Shown: positions 10,036-25,000 of the stretch, in pieces
Position numbering within the stretch: position 1 is the stretch's first letter
How the letters are laid out: every line of letters starts with the position of its first letter
DNA from: Phoronis australis
Taxonomy: Eukaryota > Animalia > Phoronida
Length of the DNA stretch: 64,000 nucleotides
Direction: 5' to 3'
Assembly (NCBI GenBank): GCA_002633005.1
Contig: NMRA01000948.1
Location: 3,629 to 67,628 of the forward strand
Translations under genes and position numbers: made by a program
The notes under the pieces: model-generated
The model's database searches: none
What the model saw: only the letters and a program-made list of their open reading frames with translations
Told to the model about the DNA's origin: nothing

Positions 10036-13000
10036 CCCTGATATTTCAAGACAAGGTAGCTTGCCAACTTGAGCTCCGGTAAATCCGTACACAGAATTGG
10101 CGCTCAGTTTCAGAGCCAGCTGCCGTCCATCCAAAACTTTCTTCTTAAATGGGTCAGTCTCTTTCTTAAGGTCAGCCTTAGCCCTGTAAGGCCATAACAT
10201 TTATTTAAAGAGCTTAAAACCACCTTTTACTTTCTTTTGACAAATAACTGATGATTGTCAACATCATTAAGCCTTCCTGTTTACACCACTCCTGCATATT
10301 ACGACCATGAATTTAATTTCCCCAAAAAGGAGATAGGAAAATAGAAGGACGAGTGACTTTAATTGAAAGTTTCTAAGCACCACGGACATGAATGTGATGC
10401 ATGAACTCATGAATTAATGTGCTGCCGGAAAGTGAAAACAGCCACAGTGTGCTCAAATATTGATTTGTCACAACCACCACAAACGCAACTCCTCACCAGT
10501 CTTTATTATATCATAAATGACGGGAAAACGGCTTGAAATATCTGACTACTTTTCGCACTAAACCCAAAGGAGGTCGACTACTGTTTCGATTGTTTTACGG
10601 ATTCTATTGTTACCGACCAATAAACTGGTAGTAACTCAAGAAAATCTAATTAACATATCATCAGACAGTGTTTGCGTGCTCTGTTCTAATTCGACAACCA
10701 ATCAACTGGGAAGGTTGTTCTCGGTGTTTTTGATATGAAATGGGTTTTTGGCATTTTAAGCCTTTACGGCATGTTTTTAAGCGCAAATGGTTCACCAAAA
10801 TGAATTTGTTTCTCTGATGGCATCATCTTAGGAAGCGACAAACCAACACAATCACATTAAATTTTAAATGAATAAAATAGGTTAGACAAGACACATGGTA
10901 CTTAACATAGGCAGTAATGAAACCAGAAAATGAATTCTCTGATTTGAATTTTAATTTTCATGTACTTTTTAAATTTGAAAATGTGCTGCAAAATTTATGA
11001 AAAAAATTAACAAGTTACAGATAGCACAGACCAGAAACAATAAGCTGAAGAACTGAAATTCTTTTGGGTCACATTTGCATGAGTAGAGGTTCACCACTGG
11101 ATTATCTTGTCAGTTGCTATTTCAAATTTGCAAAAACATTTTTAGAAAAACTGATGTTGAAAGAACAAACAAAAGAGAGGTCAAAGAACATTTTACCATT
11201 TTCAAAGATTTTAAATTAACACTTCACTCACTTCTTGCGAGCAGACAACAGCTGCTCGAGGATTTCAGGCAGCAGACCTTTCCTCATCGTCTGCTTCACA
11301 AAGTAGTTCCCAGCTGGTGTTTTGATGTACTGTTCCGCTGAGAGCCTGAAACGATGCACAAAAAACTACCTGAAAGCGTCGTATGAATGTTCATAACCAA
11401 CTGTTCTATAACCTGAGACTGGCAGCTTCTCCAGACCCTTAAGTTAGGAACTCCCATATCGTTAGCTCACAACATCTTAACGTCATCACATATTTCACAA
11501 GTGGGTATAGAGAGCATGACTTCCTACTGGAAAACAGGCAAAGCCCAACTCACACAATATAGCTGATAAGATCAATGGCCAATCTGAGCGTGAAATTCTG
11601 GCATGTGATTTGAAAATTATATGGACCGATGACAAGATGTGTAGTACAGCGACTTTTCACATTTACCAGTGATTCACAACAAATAATTTAGTTAGTATGG
11701 ATCCCATAAGATATACCAACAATAATTGTAGGGAGTGGACGATAACCAATCGTCACACGGGAAAAACACGATTTTACACCAATCACTTACAAAACTGTAG
11801 CATGAAAAGTTGGTAGATTCAACTAAAGCCCTTTCAACAATCCATTCTAGGAAGCCTAACTAAGCGTCAGGCATAACTCATAAACATAACTGCTTTGCAA
11901 AAATCTCCCATTGGTCAACAGATTTGTGAGACTTACCCCTCTTTGGCGATACTGGTGGGGTGTAGAAGAGTAGTGTAGCACAGGTTGTGAGCCATCATAA
12001 TGGACGGGTACAAGGATGAGAAGTCGAGGGTTGCAATGGGAACGTCATAATACCTGACAAGAAGAGGGAATACGATGTAGGCTTGTAGGAATTTCCAAAA
12101 TCACTTCATTCACAAACATGTAATGCATTTTCTAGAACAATTTTCCTTTGACCTCGTGCTTAAAAAGTACTCTATTTTACAGCCAAAAAAACTGCAACAC
12201 CATGGCTCAAGTGATCCCAAGAATCATGCGGCACCATGATTCATGCTGCATCACGATTCCTGAGACACCATGACTCAGCGACATCACGTAAAATAATGAC
12301 TCATGTGATGGCACTGCTCATGTAACACCATGACATTCATGCAACACTCCTGTCATGGTATGACTCACGTGACTCACTATGATTTATGTGATACTATTAC
12401 TCATGTTAAATGTAACTCTTGAGAGATCATGACACCATGACTCATGTGACACCATGTCATACGTGACACCATGATTCTTGAGACATTAGGACTCACGTGA
12501 TATCATGACTCATGTGACATCGAGACACATGATAGTATAATCCACATGATATCAAAGCTTACATGATACATGAGACATCCGAGACTCACGAGATTCCATG
12601 ATCCATGTAACTTAGAGACTCATGTGATACCATCATACATATGACATAGAGACTCACGTGATACCATGACACACGTGGCATCGAGTCTCACACGACACCA
12701 TGATACAGCAGGTTTTACAAGAATATTAAGAGCATCAAGCAAATTTTATTATTGAATAACGTCGATAAACCAAAATACTTTTTGCATGGTCTGTATTTCA
12801 CTGACCATTGAAGCAAATTCAGATGGAAAAATGACCTTACAAATATGGCGTACCAAAGCTGTTCACCAGACAATTGGAGTAGGTCACACAATTTCATTTA
12901 CAAAATTCTCAGACATGAGTACTGGTAACAGCATTACCCCTTGACTGGCTCAATGACAGTGGCCCCGGTGTATTCATCCCCAGCTTCAATCTTCTGTGTT

Positions 13001-16000
13001 GGCAACAGTAGATCTTGTTCCATAGACTGAAATGATTACAGAAAGTACATTCAGACGGAACTGTTATATTGAACATTACACCCTTCTCTATTTGAAAACG
13101 TCATATACCACGTCGCCACCCTTCATTTAGTCCACGTCACCCAAATCATTTTCCACCTTGAATTCACATTTTCACTGGTTTCCATCCTTCACTAATTTAC
13201 AATGCACATCACCCAATTCTCACATTTCTCAATGTCTATATTTTCAATTGCTAAATACAGAACTTGCCTAGATTAATAGCGAGGACATTTAAACTAAAAA
13301 TCAGTGGGTGGCATTAAGACGTGCACAAAAAAATAGGGCGACGGAATTTACCCGAACAACCAATTATAGTAATGTCGAATAGATGTCGGCTACAGTAATT
13401 CTCCTCTTAATTAGGATGCTCACCTCATTTCGCACAGGAAAAATTATTAGTAAAAACAATATTTTTTGTCCCTCGCTTATTTTACACGAGGCTGCTAGGT
13501 GGGAAATTCTTAACTCGCCTAATTCGCACACAGACAGTTTTGTGCTTCAGAAAATATCAATGCAAACGCAAGTCTATAATTCTAGTATTACAAGCCTCAG
13601 TCCGTAATTGTGTTAACATTAAGTTTTGAACAATGTATACTGACCGTTTAATTCAAAAATGAATATATGGGATATCTCGTGCAGTTTTAATTAAGTGTAG
13701 TGTCATTCAGAGTCAAATTGTCAAAATAGTGTTTCACCAACGATGGGGCAAAGTACTCTTATATTGCAGCAGGACAGTGTAATTTAATAATTTAATGACT
13801 ATCGATTGGATCATGTTGCCAACCCGTGGGCTGAATTTTGTTAAATTCACACATGGGCAGTTGGCGATGTTAGGTTATCAGTTAATTCCAAGTAATACCC
13901 ATCAACAACAAAAACCTGTATTCAGTTTGTTTGATACATCCCAACTATAAGGAAACATATTTATTAATTTAGTACAAAATAAGTGGAGAAATAGTATGCT
14001 CTGCAGGCAAGTTCCAAAAAAACAACACCTGAATATAGACGATGTTTGTAGTCACTGGTGAGCACACTAAGTGGATCCTGATAGCTGAAATTTGCTGCTG
14101 TAGACGAGTGACCACAAGGACATGGGTAAAAGTCACGAATGTACAGATTGGGGAAGAGCAAATTACCAAGAATGGACATTCTAAATAGCAAATTTTGTAA
14201 ATTTAAGGATGGGTATTTAGCCAAACATGGGCACTGAATCAAACAAGTACGGTAGTACTCCCTTCAACACCTTATATTGATCACATGCCAATCTGCAGTG
14301 TGTCATCCACTTCATATTCCATCACATATCGCTGTTCCACCAAACATTGCCCGTGCTTCACATGCCACCAATCCCTAAACATTTATCTTCGCTTGTAATT
14401 GCACCTTTCACATCTCTCATGCTTCACATTTCTCAATGACTACTGCACTTCACATGTCAATGACACCCTTCACATATTGCTAAACCCTTCCTGATGCTCA
14501 TGCTTCACATTTTTCCGTACTTCCATGTCACCATTCATTGTTCAAAAGCAGCCACACAATTCACACTTTGCATCCTCCCCCACAGTTCCCACGCGTCACT
14601 CCAATCTTCACGCTTCACATGTCACCCATCCCATCTCCCTACCTTCCTCAGCAGCTGTGAGACGACCTTAATCTGTTGGCCACGTGACAGCAAGTAACTG
14701 AGCGGTACACCCGTCACACGCGCCATTTCCATATAGTTGATGACGCACATCAACTTGTCAAGAAGTCTCAGAGGCAAGATGGCATCTTTCATGCAGTAAA
14801 CCGCAAGACGGCGACGCGTCTGATCCGTGCCATTCTGAAAGGATTCATTATAATTCACATTTAGCCAATGAGAATCTCGTAATGAGTCGTCACCAGTTTA
14901 AGTTTCACGATCTCAGCAAGATATATTGTGGTCCTGTATAGCCAGTGAACAGTACACCTACTATGTACAAAACGATAATTTCAAATAACAAATAAGCTCT
15001 TGTTTTAGTGAGGTTCCAGAGAGCCAGTATCTAAATGCCTATATCACTCGATCTTCTTCATCAGGCAGTAACTCTTTTAGCTTCAAGAATGCTGAAAACA
15101 CAGGCCAATAATGATGCACCCTTTAAAAGGTTACTATAAGTTACTGGCTGCTAATGTGACAAGAATGTTGAAAACACAGGCCAATAATGATGCATCCTTT
15201 AAAAGGTTACTATAAGCTACTGGCTGCTAATGTGACAAATGCTCTACTCCCCACAGACAGAGCTTAAATCAGCATTGGAGATACTGTAGACTGCTGGCAT
15301 TTACAGTTCTTGCGTATTTATCTATAGACAAAGTACAAGGGACAGCGGAAAATCAATGCTGGTTTTGAAAGTAACAAAAACCGCAAGTTGTTTTGAAACA
15401 ACCACTGCAGCTCATTAGCAACCTGTCCACCACCCTGGAAGGTAAAACCCCATATTCATCAAACGATCAGTGCTTTGCCAAAGGGTGACATTAATTCTTT
15501 CCCAACAAAGCAAGCAAAAAACCTCTGAATGTATGCCGTGGGGTCTGATCTTTTTACTTGAAACTTAATTTGAAAATATTTTGGACATTTTCCATTTTCT
15601 TTTAATTTTAACTCAAAATAATTGTCTGTCAGTCTGTCAGTCTGTGCTCAAGTAATACATTACACAAATGAGTGAATAGTCTAATATGCACTTGATGACT
15701 TACGGATTCGAGCTCAGACTTGAACTTCATCAAGTGCAAAATAGGATTACACATAAACCATAACACACTCCGCTGCAGAATGATAGACATTTATCTTGTG
15801 TTTGTACAAAATCAGAATGAAAGATGTTAGAACAATTTCGAGTTCCATTTTAAGTAAAAACATTAGACCCTTGGCCCAGAACCTCTTCTTTACCATTCCG
15901 AAAATTAGCCTGCAGTGAACTCACATCAAGGCACGTGCAGAGAGCTTGTCTCTACTGACCTGAAGGTCTGTAATAATGGAGTGCTGAACGTCCTCCTTCT

Positions 16001-19000
16001 GTTCTTGCAAGAAGTGATAAGACACCGCGTTGAGCGTGTATGAACGCAACTTGTAGTCACGCACCAGAATCTAAAATATAACAAATATGTACAAAAGGAA
16101 CACTTTAAAACTAATGTTCTTACAGCATAATTGAATGTGATACAACTGTAGTAATAGCCTTGATTACCCAATTCGGGAATCGAACCAGCGACACCAATAA
16201 AACTGGCAAGTGTGCTTACCATTCAGCTAATAGGCAATTGCTCGTAAGCAAGTGGCTAACAGAGGTTCATATGATTCACCGGAAGCATGTTTCACAACAA
16301 AACGTGCAGAGCGTTTAGAAACGAAGCGCGGGTTGATCATGACAGCCTCATAATTGATGCAGACTCATTAGCAACTCTGACCATCTAAACATGGTCTTTC
16401 CTTCCCACATTATGCACAATTCAATAAACATTACTGACAACTATTTATTTTAGAAGAACTTGTAAGTGTAACTGTTTCTACTGTGCCTTAACTCTTCTTG
16501 GATGTATTCAGATCCAGTCAAAATATTGCCAGTAAACCATGATTTCAACTATACAATTAAAAATTAGTTGGTTTCCACACGACAATGAAATATTCGGGGA
16601 ATTCAAAACATTTTATTTAAAATCTGACAAAAGAAACCATAATTCAGTAGTAAAAACGAACTATTCTTTGGCAAAAAGTGAACACGATCAGAAATTATGC
16701 ACTGGAAAAATAAAATGTTTTACAAACCAACCAACCTTTCTCAGAGAAATGAAAGTAAGACGAGTGGAAATGAAAACATATTTCAAGGTGTTATACCTGG
16801 AGCAAGTCAAACTGTATACGTCCTTCAATGTTGACAATCTTCATGTCGCGCCTACCCATCTGCTTCGACTGTAACGTGGTCTCGCGTATGGTTGACCTGA
16901 CGTCCCTCTGTCGTCCCAGGAACGGGAAATCCTTCACATTCAGGTGACTGGCACGATTCAAAAGGTACGGCAGGTCAAAGTTTTGAATGTTGTAGCCTGT
17001 GATGAGGTCCGGGTCTACTTCACGCACAAACTCCGCCCATTTCTGAAAAGAAGGGACAAAAGGTCACATTATGCCAATACCCATGTCCTGAAATGCCACA
17101 AAACCACTCTGATTCTGTAGTAATTTACCCACAATGCTGAGCATGCACAGGACACCTGTTGAACTGCTGTCGCGCTTAACACATCTATTTCATACCAAAA
17201 TCAACTCATCCTTCATCATTCTACTGTCACTTAAATTTTACAGACAGTTGAAATACGACTAACTCAAGATGGACTAAATTCGCCTCAGTCTACTTATTTT
17301 TAACTCTTTCGCACCTTATTGTTTATTGTTTATTGTTAAGTACCTGTCTGTTGTTAGAGCTACATAAGAATCAGTGGAGCACACGCCGGTCATGACAGAT
17401 AATAACCTATCATCACGTCAGTTTAGCTGTTGATGGTAAATTCAGGGTCATTTTATTTGATTTTTGATGTGCACTGCTACTAAAAATTATGACTGGATTT
17501 TTGAAAAAATACAATACATATGGCACCATATGATCTCACCAACCCACAAGCCAATGAGTTGTTCTAAACTATGCTGAAAAGAATAGCATCAGCTAAAATA
17601 TAGTTATCTATCGAATTCTCATCACAAGTAGTTGGCTATCACCCCACTCACAGCGATCACCTGCAGTCAGTGCAATACCATATCCTTCATGTTTCCAATA
17701 TAAGAAACCTAACCTGGTGGTAATAATTAGACGCGCACTACTTTCTAACAAAGATCTACATGCTGAATTAACTCGGGTATGTCTGTGAATAGGCTCGGCT
17801 TGCTGTTTGGCTGGGGTAAAGCACCTGGCCAAGCCTAATCTTGGTGTAGCAAGGTCCGTAAGCGCTACTCTCATGCCATGAAATGACAGGGTGGCCAGAC
17901 TTTGAACCAGTGACCAGATTCTTATGAAAGATATTCTCCAAAATGTTAAACATTACTTCAGCTCAAATATTCAAACTGCACATACTGTGAAGCGGCACAT
18001 CAAAACTGCACATACTGTGAAGCGGCACACCAAAACTGTTACGTATGTGTGTGTAATCACGCAAGTCAGAAATCACGGCGCTTCTAAACTGATGGTCCCT
18101 AACGCTTAACTGCAAAGAAATCTGCCATGTTCCACAACATGCACCATGTTATTTATTCATCTTTCATCCAATCATAAAGCGCAAAATTATGATCACATTA
18201 TCAAGTCATCACAAGGCATTACCATGAGACTGCACTACATTCCCCTTTTGAGAGGCACCGGTGTTACCCGAACTCACGGGTCCTCACAAATTTTCTGCAT
18301 TGATCTACATATCAGCCACCAGCTGACACCTTGAGGTCTAGGAAATGCCATCACCAACCTAAATTTCTCACCCCAGGATTGGACCAAAGTTTCTCAACCA
18401 CCAGACGACTTCAAAATAGCTTACTTGAAGAAGTTCTGTCTCCTTCTTGCACGAGATTACTTGAGATCCAACGATGGGTGCACACGTGTTGAGCGTGAAC
18501 ACATTACGAATGAATGGAGTCTTCTCACCCTGCCTAATAACCATGTTAGCGACCTGGATGATCGGGTCATGGTTGGGTTCAGGGAACACACCTGAAAAGG
18601 AGGGTCAAAGGTCGTGACAGAGAGATAGTGTTGTGTACACGTTAGAGCATGAACAATGAACAACCGACACAGAGACAAGTGCCTGGAAAAAACTTGGCAC
18701 TGCCAAAATAGCGGTCGAATAATCTTCATTTGAATGCCTAATCAGAAGCTTACATGTAATATATAGCATGGATCCAGTCAGCTTGTTAAGATCAACAAAG
18801 TACCAGCAGGTACATCGACAACAATACTACCGAAGATGGCAATGCCGCCTTCAACACTGATGTTAACACTACAGCACCAATAATGTTCACGAAACTGCCA
18901 ATAATGACGTCGCTGATCAGTCATTGGCAAATATTGAATAACTCGAGAAAAAGCGAGTCATGGTGAGAAATGGACAACAGACTACAGGTAGCTCTTGAAG

Positions 19001-22000
19001 ATCTATCTACATTATCAAATTTCAGAAGAATCCTTCAAAGGAATGCAGAAGGAAAAGTTTGAAAATGGTCACCACAGCGCCACCTTTGTCCTCATTTCTC
19101 CTCAAAACTAGAACTTGAGGTTTTAACGAGGTACACGATGCGAGTTAATTTCATGTCGATCAGACAAAAAATACAACCTGTAGTGTGCCCTAAAGTACAA
19201 ACTTAAAAAAAATCACAACAAAGCATTATCCTTGGAGAACTTTAATTTCGCCAAGTCACAATGACCTAGGGTGTCGATAAAGATACCTTTACGACCAGCA
19301 CACTCGATGTCAAAGCTTAGAATTCTAATTGGAGCAACTTTGGACCAGTCGCCCTCAGGTGGATGTGAGATAAAGTTGTCCCAGGCAATGTCGACTTCCA
19401 GTTGGCAGCGGGAGGTCGCCGATGGTTTCTTAGGGTCGTTGCTGGCATTTCGTTGGCGAATGAAATATTTCCCAGCAGGCAGCTCAATCCAGTTACAACC
19501 AACAACATGAGTGTCCACCATGAAACTACAATACAGATATGAAAATCACAATATTTATGTATTTTTGACACCTGGACAGACAAAAATCATGCCTTGCAAG
19601 CTCATTTCTAGAGACAAAAAGCAAACTGAAGGGTGACGTAAGTAATTTATCATGACTAGAATATTCGTATAATACAATGTAAGAGAGCAAAATAATATCA
19701 TTTGTGGAAAGATGGACAATAAAAAACGCCAAAAGATTGAGAACAGCTCATGCTCACCACAATAGCAAACACCTGACTTAAACTAGTACAGTAACACCTT
19801 TTTTCATATATTTCTACAGGTATTCATGCATTCTCCATAAAAATGGAATGTAACTAAATCAATCCCTCACATGACAAAAGTTTAGCGAAAATTGATTGTC
19901 CTCTTATGTGGTCATCAACACTAGCAAACAATTTAGATCAAATTCACAAAGGTTTAAGCCAAACGTTTCTACAAAATAACCCCTTCACAAAGTTTTTCAG
20001 AGAGAAAAATTGACGCAGTCTTCGATTCTTAAAAATCGGTGAACTGAAATCACAACAAAGTTAAATGGCATCCGAAAGAATTTAACGAATTGCTGAAAGG
20101 TGATAACTTTTCACTTAGTCATTAATTCAGAGATATCCGCAAATTAACACGTCTGGATTTTCAGAAGGATCTGATGGTAACGAGCAGTGCTGTTGTGGTA
20201 AAATTAGAGGTAAGTAGAAGCCCAAAGCCAACCATATCATCTTGAGCACTGAACGTAACTTACGGTGCATAGGTGCTACAATTGAATGTCAAAAGGTGGT
20301 TGGCTGTGCCTACATGCGCCTACGTCCCACCTCAGCACTGGTAATGGGGCTGTGACTAGAAAATTTCATCATATAAAAAGCTTCAGTGTACTGAGAGAAT
20401 AAAAACAACTTTCGATCCAGTCCCCAACAGTACATCAAACTGGCCTGGCAGAACAATGATTTTAACATCACACAAATGTGAATGGCGAAAAATACAGACT
20501 TAACCTCTTTTGACTTGGGTTTAGCTGGTGAGTGCCTTATTCATACTTTAAAAGTGAGCCTCTATACGTTTCAAAAACAATGCATTCTGTGCTTGGTTTG
20601 TACATAAATTAAGATAATAAGCAGGATGTTCTAATAAGCTGGTATCAACGTGGCCGTCATCGTAACAACTCCTGTAAGATGAGCTCACTAAGTGGAGTGA
20701 GTCAAAGTAAAACAGGTAAACAGGAAATAGACGGGTTTTATCTCCAGCACAGAGATCCGATAATTAAGCAAATGAATGTAAGACGAATTTGGTTAGTTAG
20801 GCACCCATGCTAATAAACAGGTGAGAATCAATTTTGGTGATTTTTAATGACAACATCCAGTAATATGACCGTTTGTGACATCATGTGGAATATTTTACAC
20901 GGATTTAATAGGACATTTAATGACTGCAACTAGGATGCTATTATCTTATAACATCAAGTCGGCTCCACTATATCTTCGTTCATCCATCTCTGTTTTTAGA
21001 GACTACCTAGGGGTGCATACATAAGGTTATGTAAGACCTCGTCAGCCAAATGTCTAGAAAACTCGGAAGTGTACAGTATTTAACTCGGCAAAAGTATTAT
21101 TTTCTGAAAGTAGAAAGCCTATAGAATTAGATTTTTGAGTTGATACCCATCTGCCATTGCTTAGGTCATATGACCACATCATTTAAGGAAATTTTAGCAA
21201 AAAAGAGGGTACATTCATTTGAAAATGATGGCATCAACAACTTCCCCAACTTTCACTTGACAAAAATGCTCAAAATGAAATCTCAAAATCGCCGTTACAG
21301 TTTCCTAAATTATCACTTCATTTTCACTTCAAGCATCTTCATTTCAAGAACAGTGCATAAAGCACAGTTGTATCAGAAAGTTTCATTTGAATCCGATCAG
21401 CCATATTCCAAAGTTGTTCAAATTTGCACATTTTCCTAAGGTCCTACATAACCTAAAGGCTAGTATCTTGTGAATGGGGAGATCGCACATGTACCTTGGA
21501 GACCTCGCCAAGTAACACAAACACAGCATCAAAATTTAAAACCATAAATAGTTCTGAATCAGTGTCAGGTACCGAATTTCAAAATCAATGTTGCTCTCAA
21601 AAGTTGAGTAGCCGTGGTTGGTGAGTCCGGGGCATGTGAATCCCTGCTCTAGGAGGCGCTTGGCTGGAGCAATAAGACGCGGCAATGCCATGGTGATCTT
21701 CAGGAAGGGCAATTTTCTGTTGCTATGGTAACCATATATACCTAAAACGAAAGGTGGTAATCGTATGTTAGGCACTTCAGAGATCTCTGAAATCCACTTT
21801 CAATGGTGGATGTTTTTCACTAATCAATTGACATGTTGATAACAGCTGTTCAGAAGATTTCATTTCCACCATGCCAATCCCTACAACAGGGGAAAACGGA
21901 CAAAAAAAATCAAAAACCTAACCAGAATTGCCTTAATTACAGTAATTACAATGCAATATGGGAATGAAGCTCGAGCAATAGGAGTTTGAGCGATTTCCTC

Positions 22001-25000
22001 AGTACGCAGAGATGGGCAAGTCTTATATGAAGGACTAGACAAACAACCATTTGCTACTCGATCCAGTCACATGTGAACTGACTTGCCCTTACAAGGCAAC
22101 ATGGCCGGCTCCATATTTACAAGACAACATGGCCGGCTCCATATTACAAGGCAACATGGCCGGCTCCATATTTACAAGACAAGATGGCCGGCTCCATATT
22201 ACAAGGCAACATGGCCGGCTCCATATTTACAAGGCAACATGGCTGGCTCCATATTTACAAGGCAACATGGCCGGCTCCATATTTAGAAGGCAACATGGCC
22301 GGCTCCATATTTACAAGGCAACATGGCCGGCTCCATATTTACAAGGCAACATGGCCGGCTCCATATTTACAAGGCGGTGTTAATGAAGAATGAATAAGTA
22401 AAGTTTCTCTTTTCACCCTCTGAATTGATTGGGAGCAGAAAGCAGTCCATCAGCATGGAGGCATTCATGCGATAAGGGTAACATGACATGAATGTATGCC
22501 TTTCTACACGTAGACATCTAGTTTCACTAGCGCCACCTAGTGAATTCCACAGCTGCCCAATGCTTCAGTATCAGGTGTGGATGGACTTACTCTCTTTGCT
22601 CTGAATCTCAACTGCCAGAACTGCTTGAGTGATGTTATCCTTGTTTGACCGCATATCCTTGATCACCGAATTGTTCAGGGCATCCTGGGAGAAAACCAAA
22701 TACAGCTGATGACAACAAGTTGCAGAGCAATCCGTCTGCTTTCATCCTAGTTATGACTAATAGCTTTAAGAAATAAAAACTTTACAAATCTTCAAAAAAA
22801 GGTTCACTTAAGGTGGCAATAAATTTGCTTTATGTCGTGAAAACTAATTCATGATTTAAACCACTTACCTTTATGAAAATAGCTTCAAATTGTTCCTTAG
22901 TCAAATTAGAAAAAAATGACGATCACTATTGCTTGAGACCAGGCTCCAACAGTTGCCTCGTCACAGCGCGTCATTTTGTGTTTACATCATGGTCTCAATA
23001 AGTTAGAACACGCCATCTGTTTTTCCATAACCAGAAACCACTTCTCACTTCAGCAAGGAACAAGTGGAAGTCAGATTTAAAGCAACAAGAGGCCTAGGTC
23101 AATAGCAAGGACAGGGCTTGGAACGATTAATGACAAAAAAAGAGGAAAATTTTCCATTCCACAAATAAATATGTCAGTGCGATAGAAATATTTTTGTGTT
23201 GTAAAATTTGACTGAATAATGTTTTGTATGATTAAATAAAATCAACATAATGATAAAAAACCAAATAGGAAACTGAAAATTAAAACCAAAGAAGAAGAAA
23301 TCGAAACCAAAAGAGGAAATCGAAACCAACAGAGGAAATCCAGTTAAAAGAGGAAAATTCCAAGCCCTGCTAGGAAAGTAGATTTAATGCCACTTTACTT
23401 CAAGAATGACAAACGCCATCAACAATTCGACAATCAGCTTAGTTAATTGCAACTATTATTTAATACATTTGATAATAAATACAAAATAATCCATGATAAC
23501 AGGTAATACTAACTTGAAATGGCTTGCAGTGGCTGTTGGTGAATCCTGAGGGTGCGGGGACATAGAAATAAGGTGCAAACCCATGCACGTGGGCTACAAC
23601 ACTGTTCCCTTCCTCTGTGATGCCAAACATGCGAATGATGGGCACAGGTCCTACCTGTGACCCGGGCATACCAGGTAGATGACTTCCTGGAATGACAGTA
23701 AAGAACAGTTGACCTCTCATTTTTCAATTTTTGTGATCAGGAATCCATGTTTAAGGTTACAGTAGAAATTCTTCAGTTTGATACACAATATGGCAGACAG
23801 GTGAAATTTCACTAACAAAAGTCTCAACTAAAACAACTTTTCAGGAAAAGTTATTTTGATTTTAGCATGCTTAGTGGTATGGCGTAACTATTACCGAACA
23901 AGAGGCATTTGCAACAATGTGGTAAGCCTCTGAAAATAGAAATGCGTCAATTTTAACAATTATGTTTGTCCGAAATTAAAGAACTTTTATCGTAAGTAGA
24001 ACCTTTCTGACAAGTCTGGGTACTTAGCCAAATACTGACATATTTCAATTCAGTAAAAATATGCATCTTCTATAATTACGTAGAAAGATTATAGACTTGG
24101 ATTTTTGACTTTAACATCACATGACCCACACGACATTAAATGACAGTAAATTATTTTATTGTGATCTGAAAACCTGGCAAAGTTTTACACAGAATTACAG
24201 TCACGGCCGTTGGAGATAGTGCAGTAAAAACGATACTCATTAAAGCACCATTTTAAAATAGGTCATTGCCCTAAATGTAGAATGTGTAACAACCTTGTCA
24301 ACGATACAAACAGGAAGACATTTTATTAGGTCTCATAAAACATTATGTACGGAATTTTTATGAAGGTTTTTGGACGGGACAATGGAAGACAAGTTTATGG
24401 CCTTTAAGTTACAGCATGTACATAACAAATATCCCCTCCCCCCTCCTCCTGTACAGTTTCAACGCCAAATGAAAGCAGTTTCCAAGACCAGATAACAATA
24501 TAGTCTACAGTGAAGGGTTCTTGCCTTCCGTTTGTTGAAGCTCACAAGTCATAAACCAATTATGTCCCCTGATTACAAAAGCTCAGTGGAACATATCATA
24601 TTAACTGGTATCAGTGGCTTTTAACTTAATCGTTTTTGGCTAACATTTATTTTATTTCTTTGGAAACTTTTCACAAGGAATTCAATTTCAGAAGTCAAAC
24701 AGACTGAAAAATCCCAACTTTTAGTGCATGATAGTACTTTATTGCCCTGAAGTCATGCTAATGCAGTAATTGTCCAGTTCACACAAAAGAAGTTAGACCA
24801 GAGTTCCTGATATTGAAGGATTCCGCCTATTGTGATTTGTGTACAACTCTATTGACGAAGTACTCAAGGCCCTGGTACGGGCCAAGTTTCTAATGCCATT
24901 TCCAGTTCTCCATATACCTGTGTAGGTATCTAAATCAAGCTGTTGGAAGATTAAGCTCTGCTTGCTGGGGTCCATCGTAGGTAATGGAGGTCTTACCCAC

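Noticed and set aside
22051-22393. Repetitive ORFs in three frames; superficially CRISPR-like array
   Set aside because: Head-to-tail 29-bp minisatellite with no unique spacers, in a eukaryotic intron, with no cas genes.
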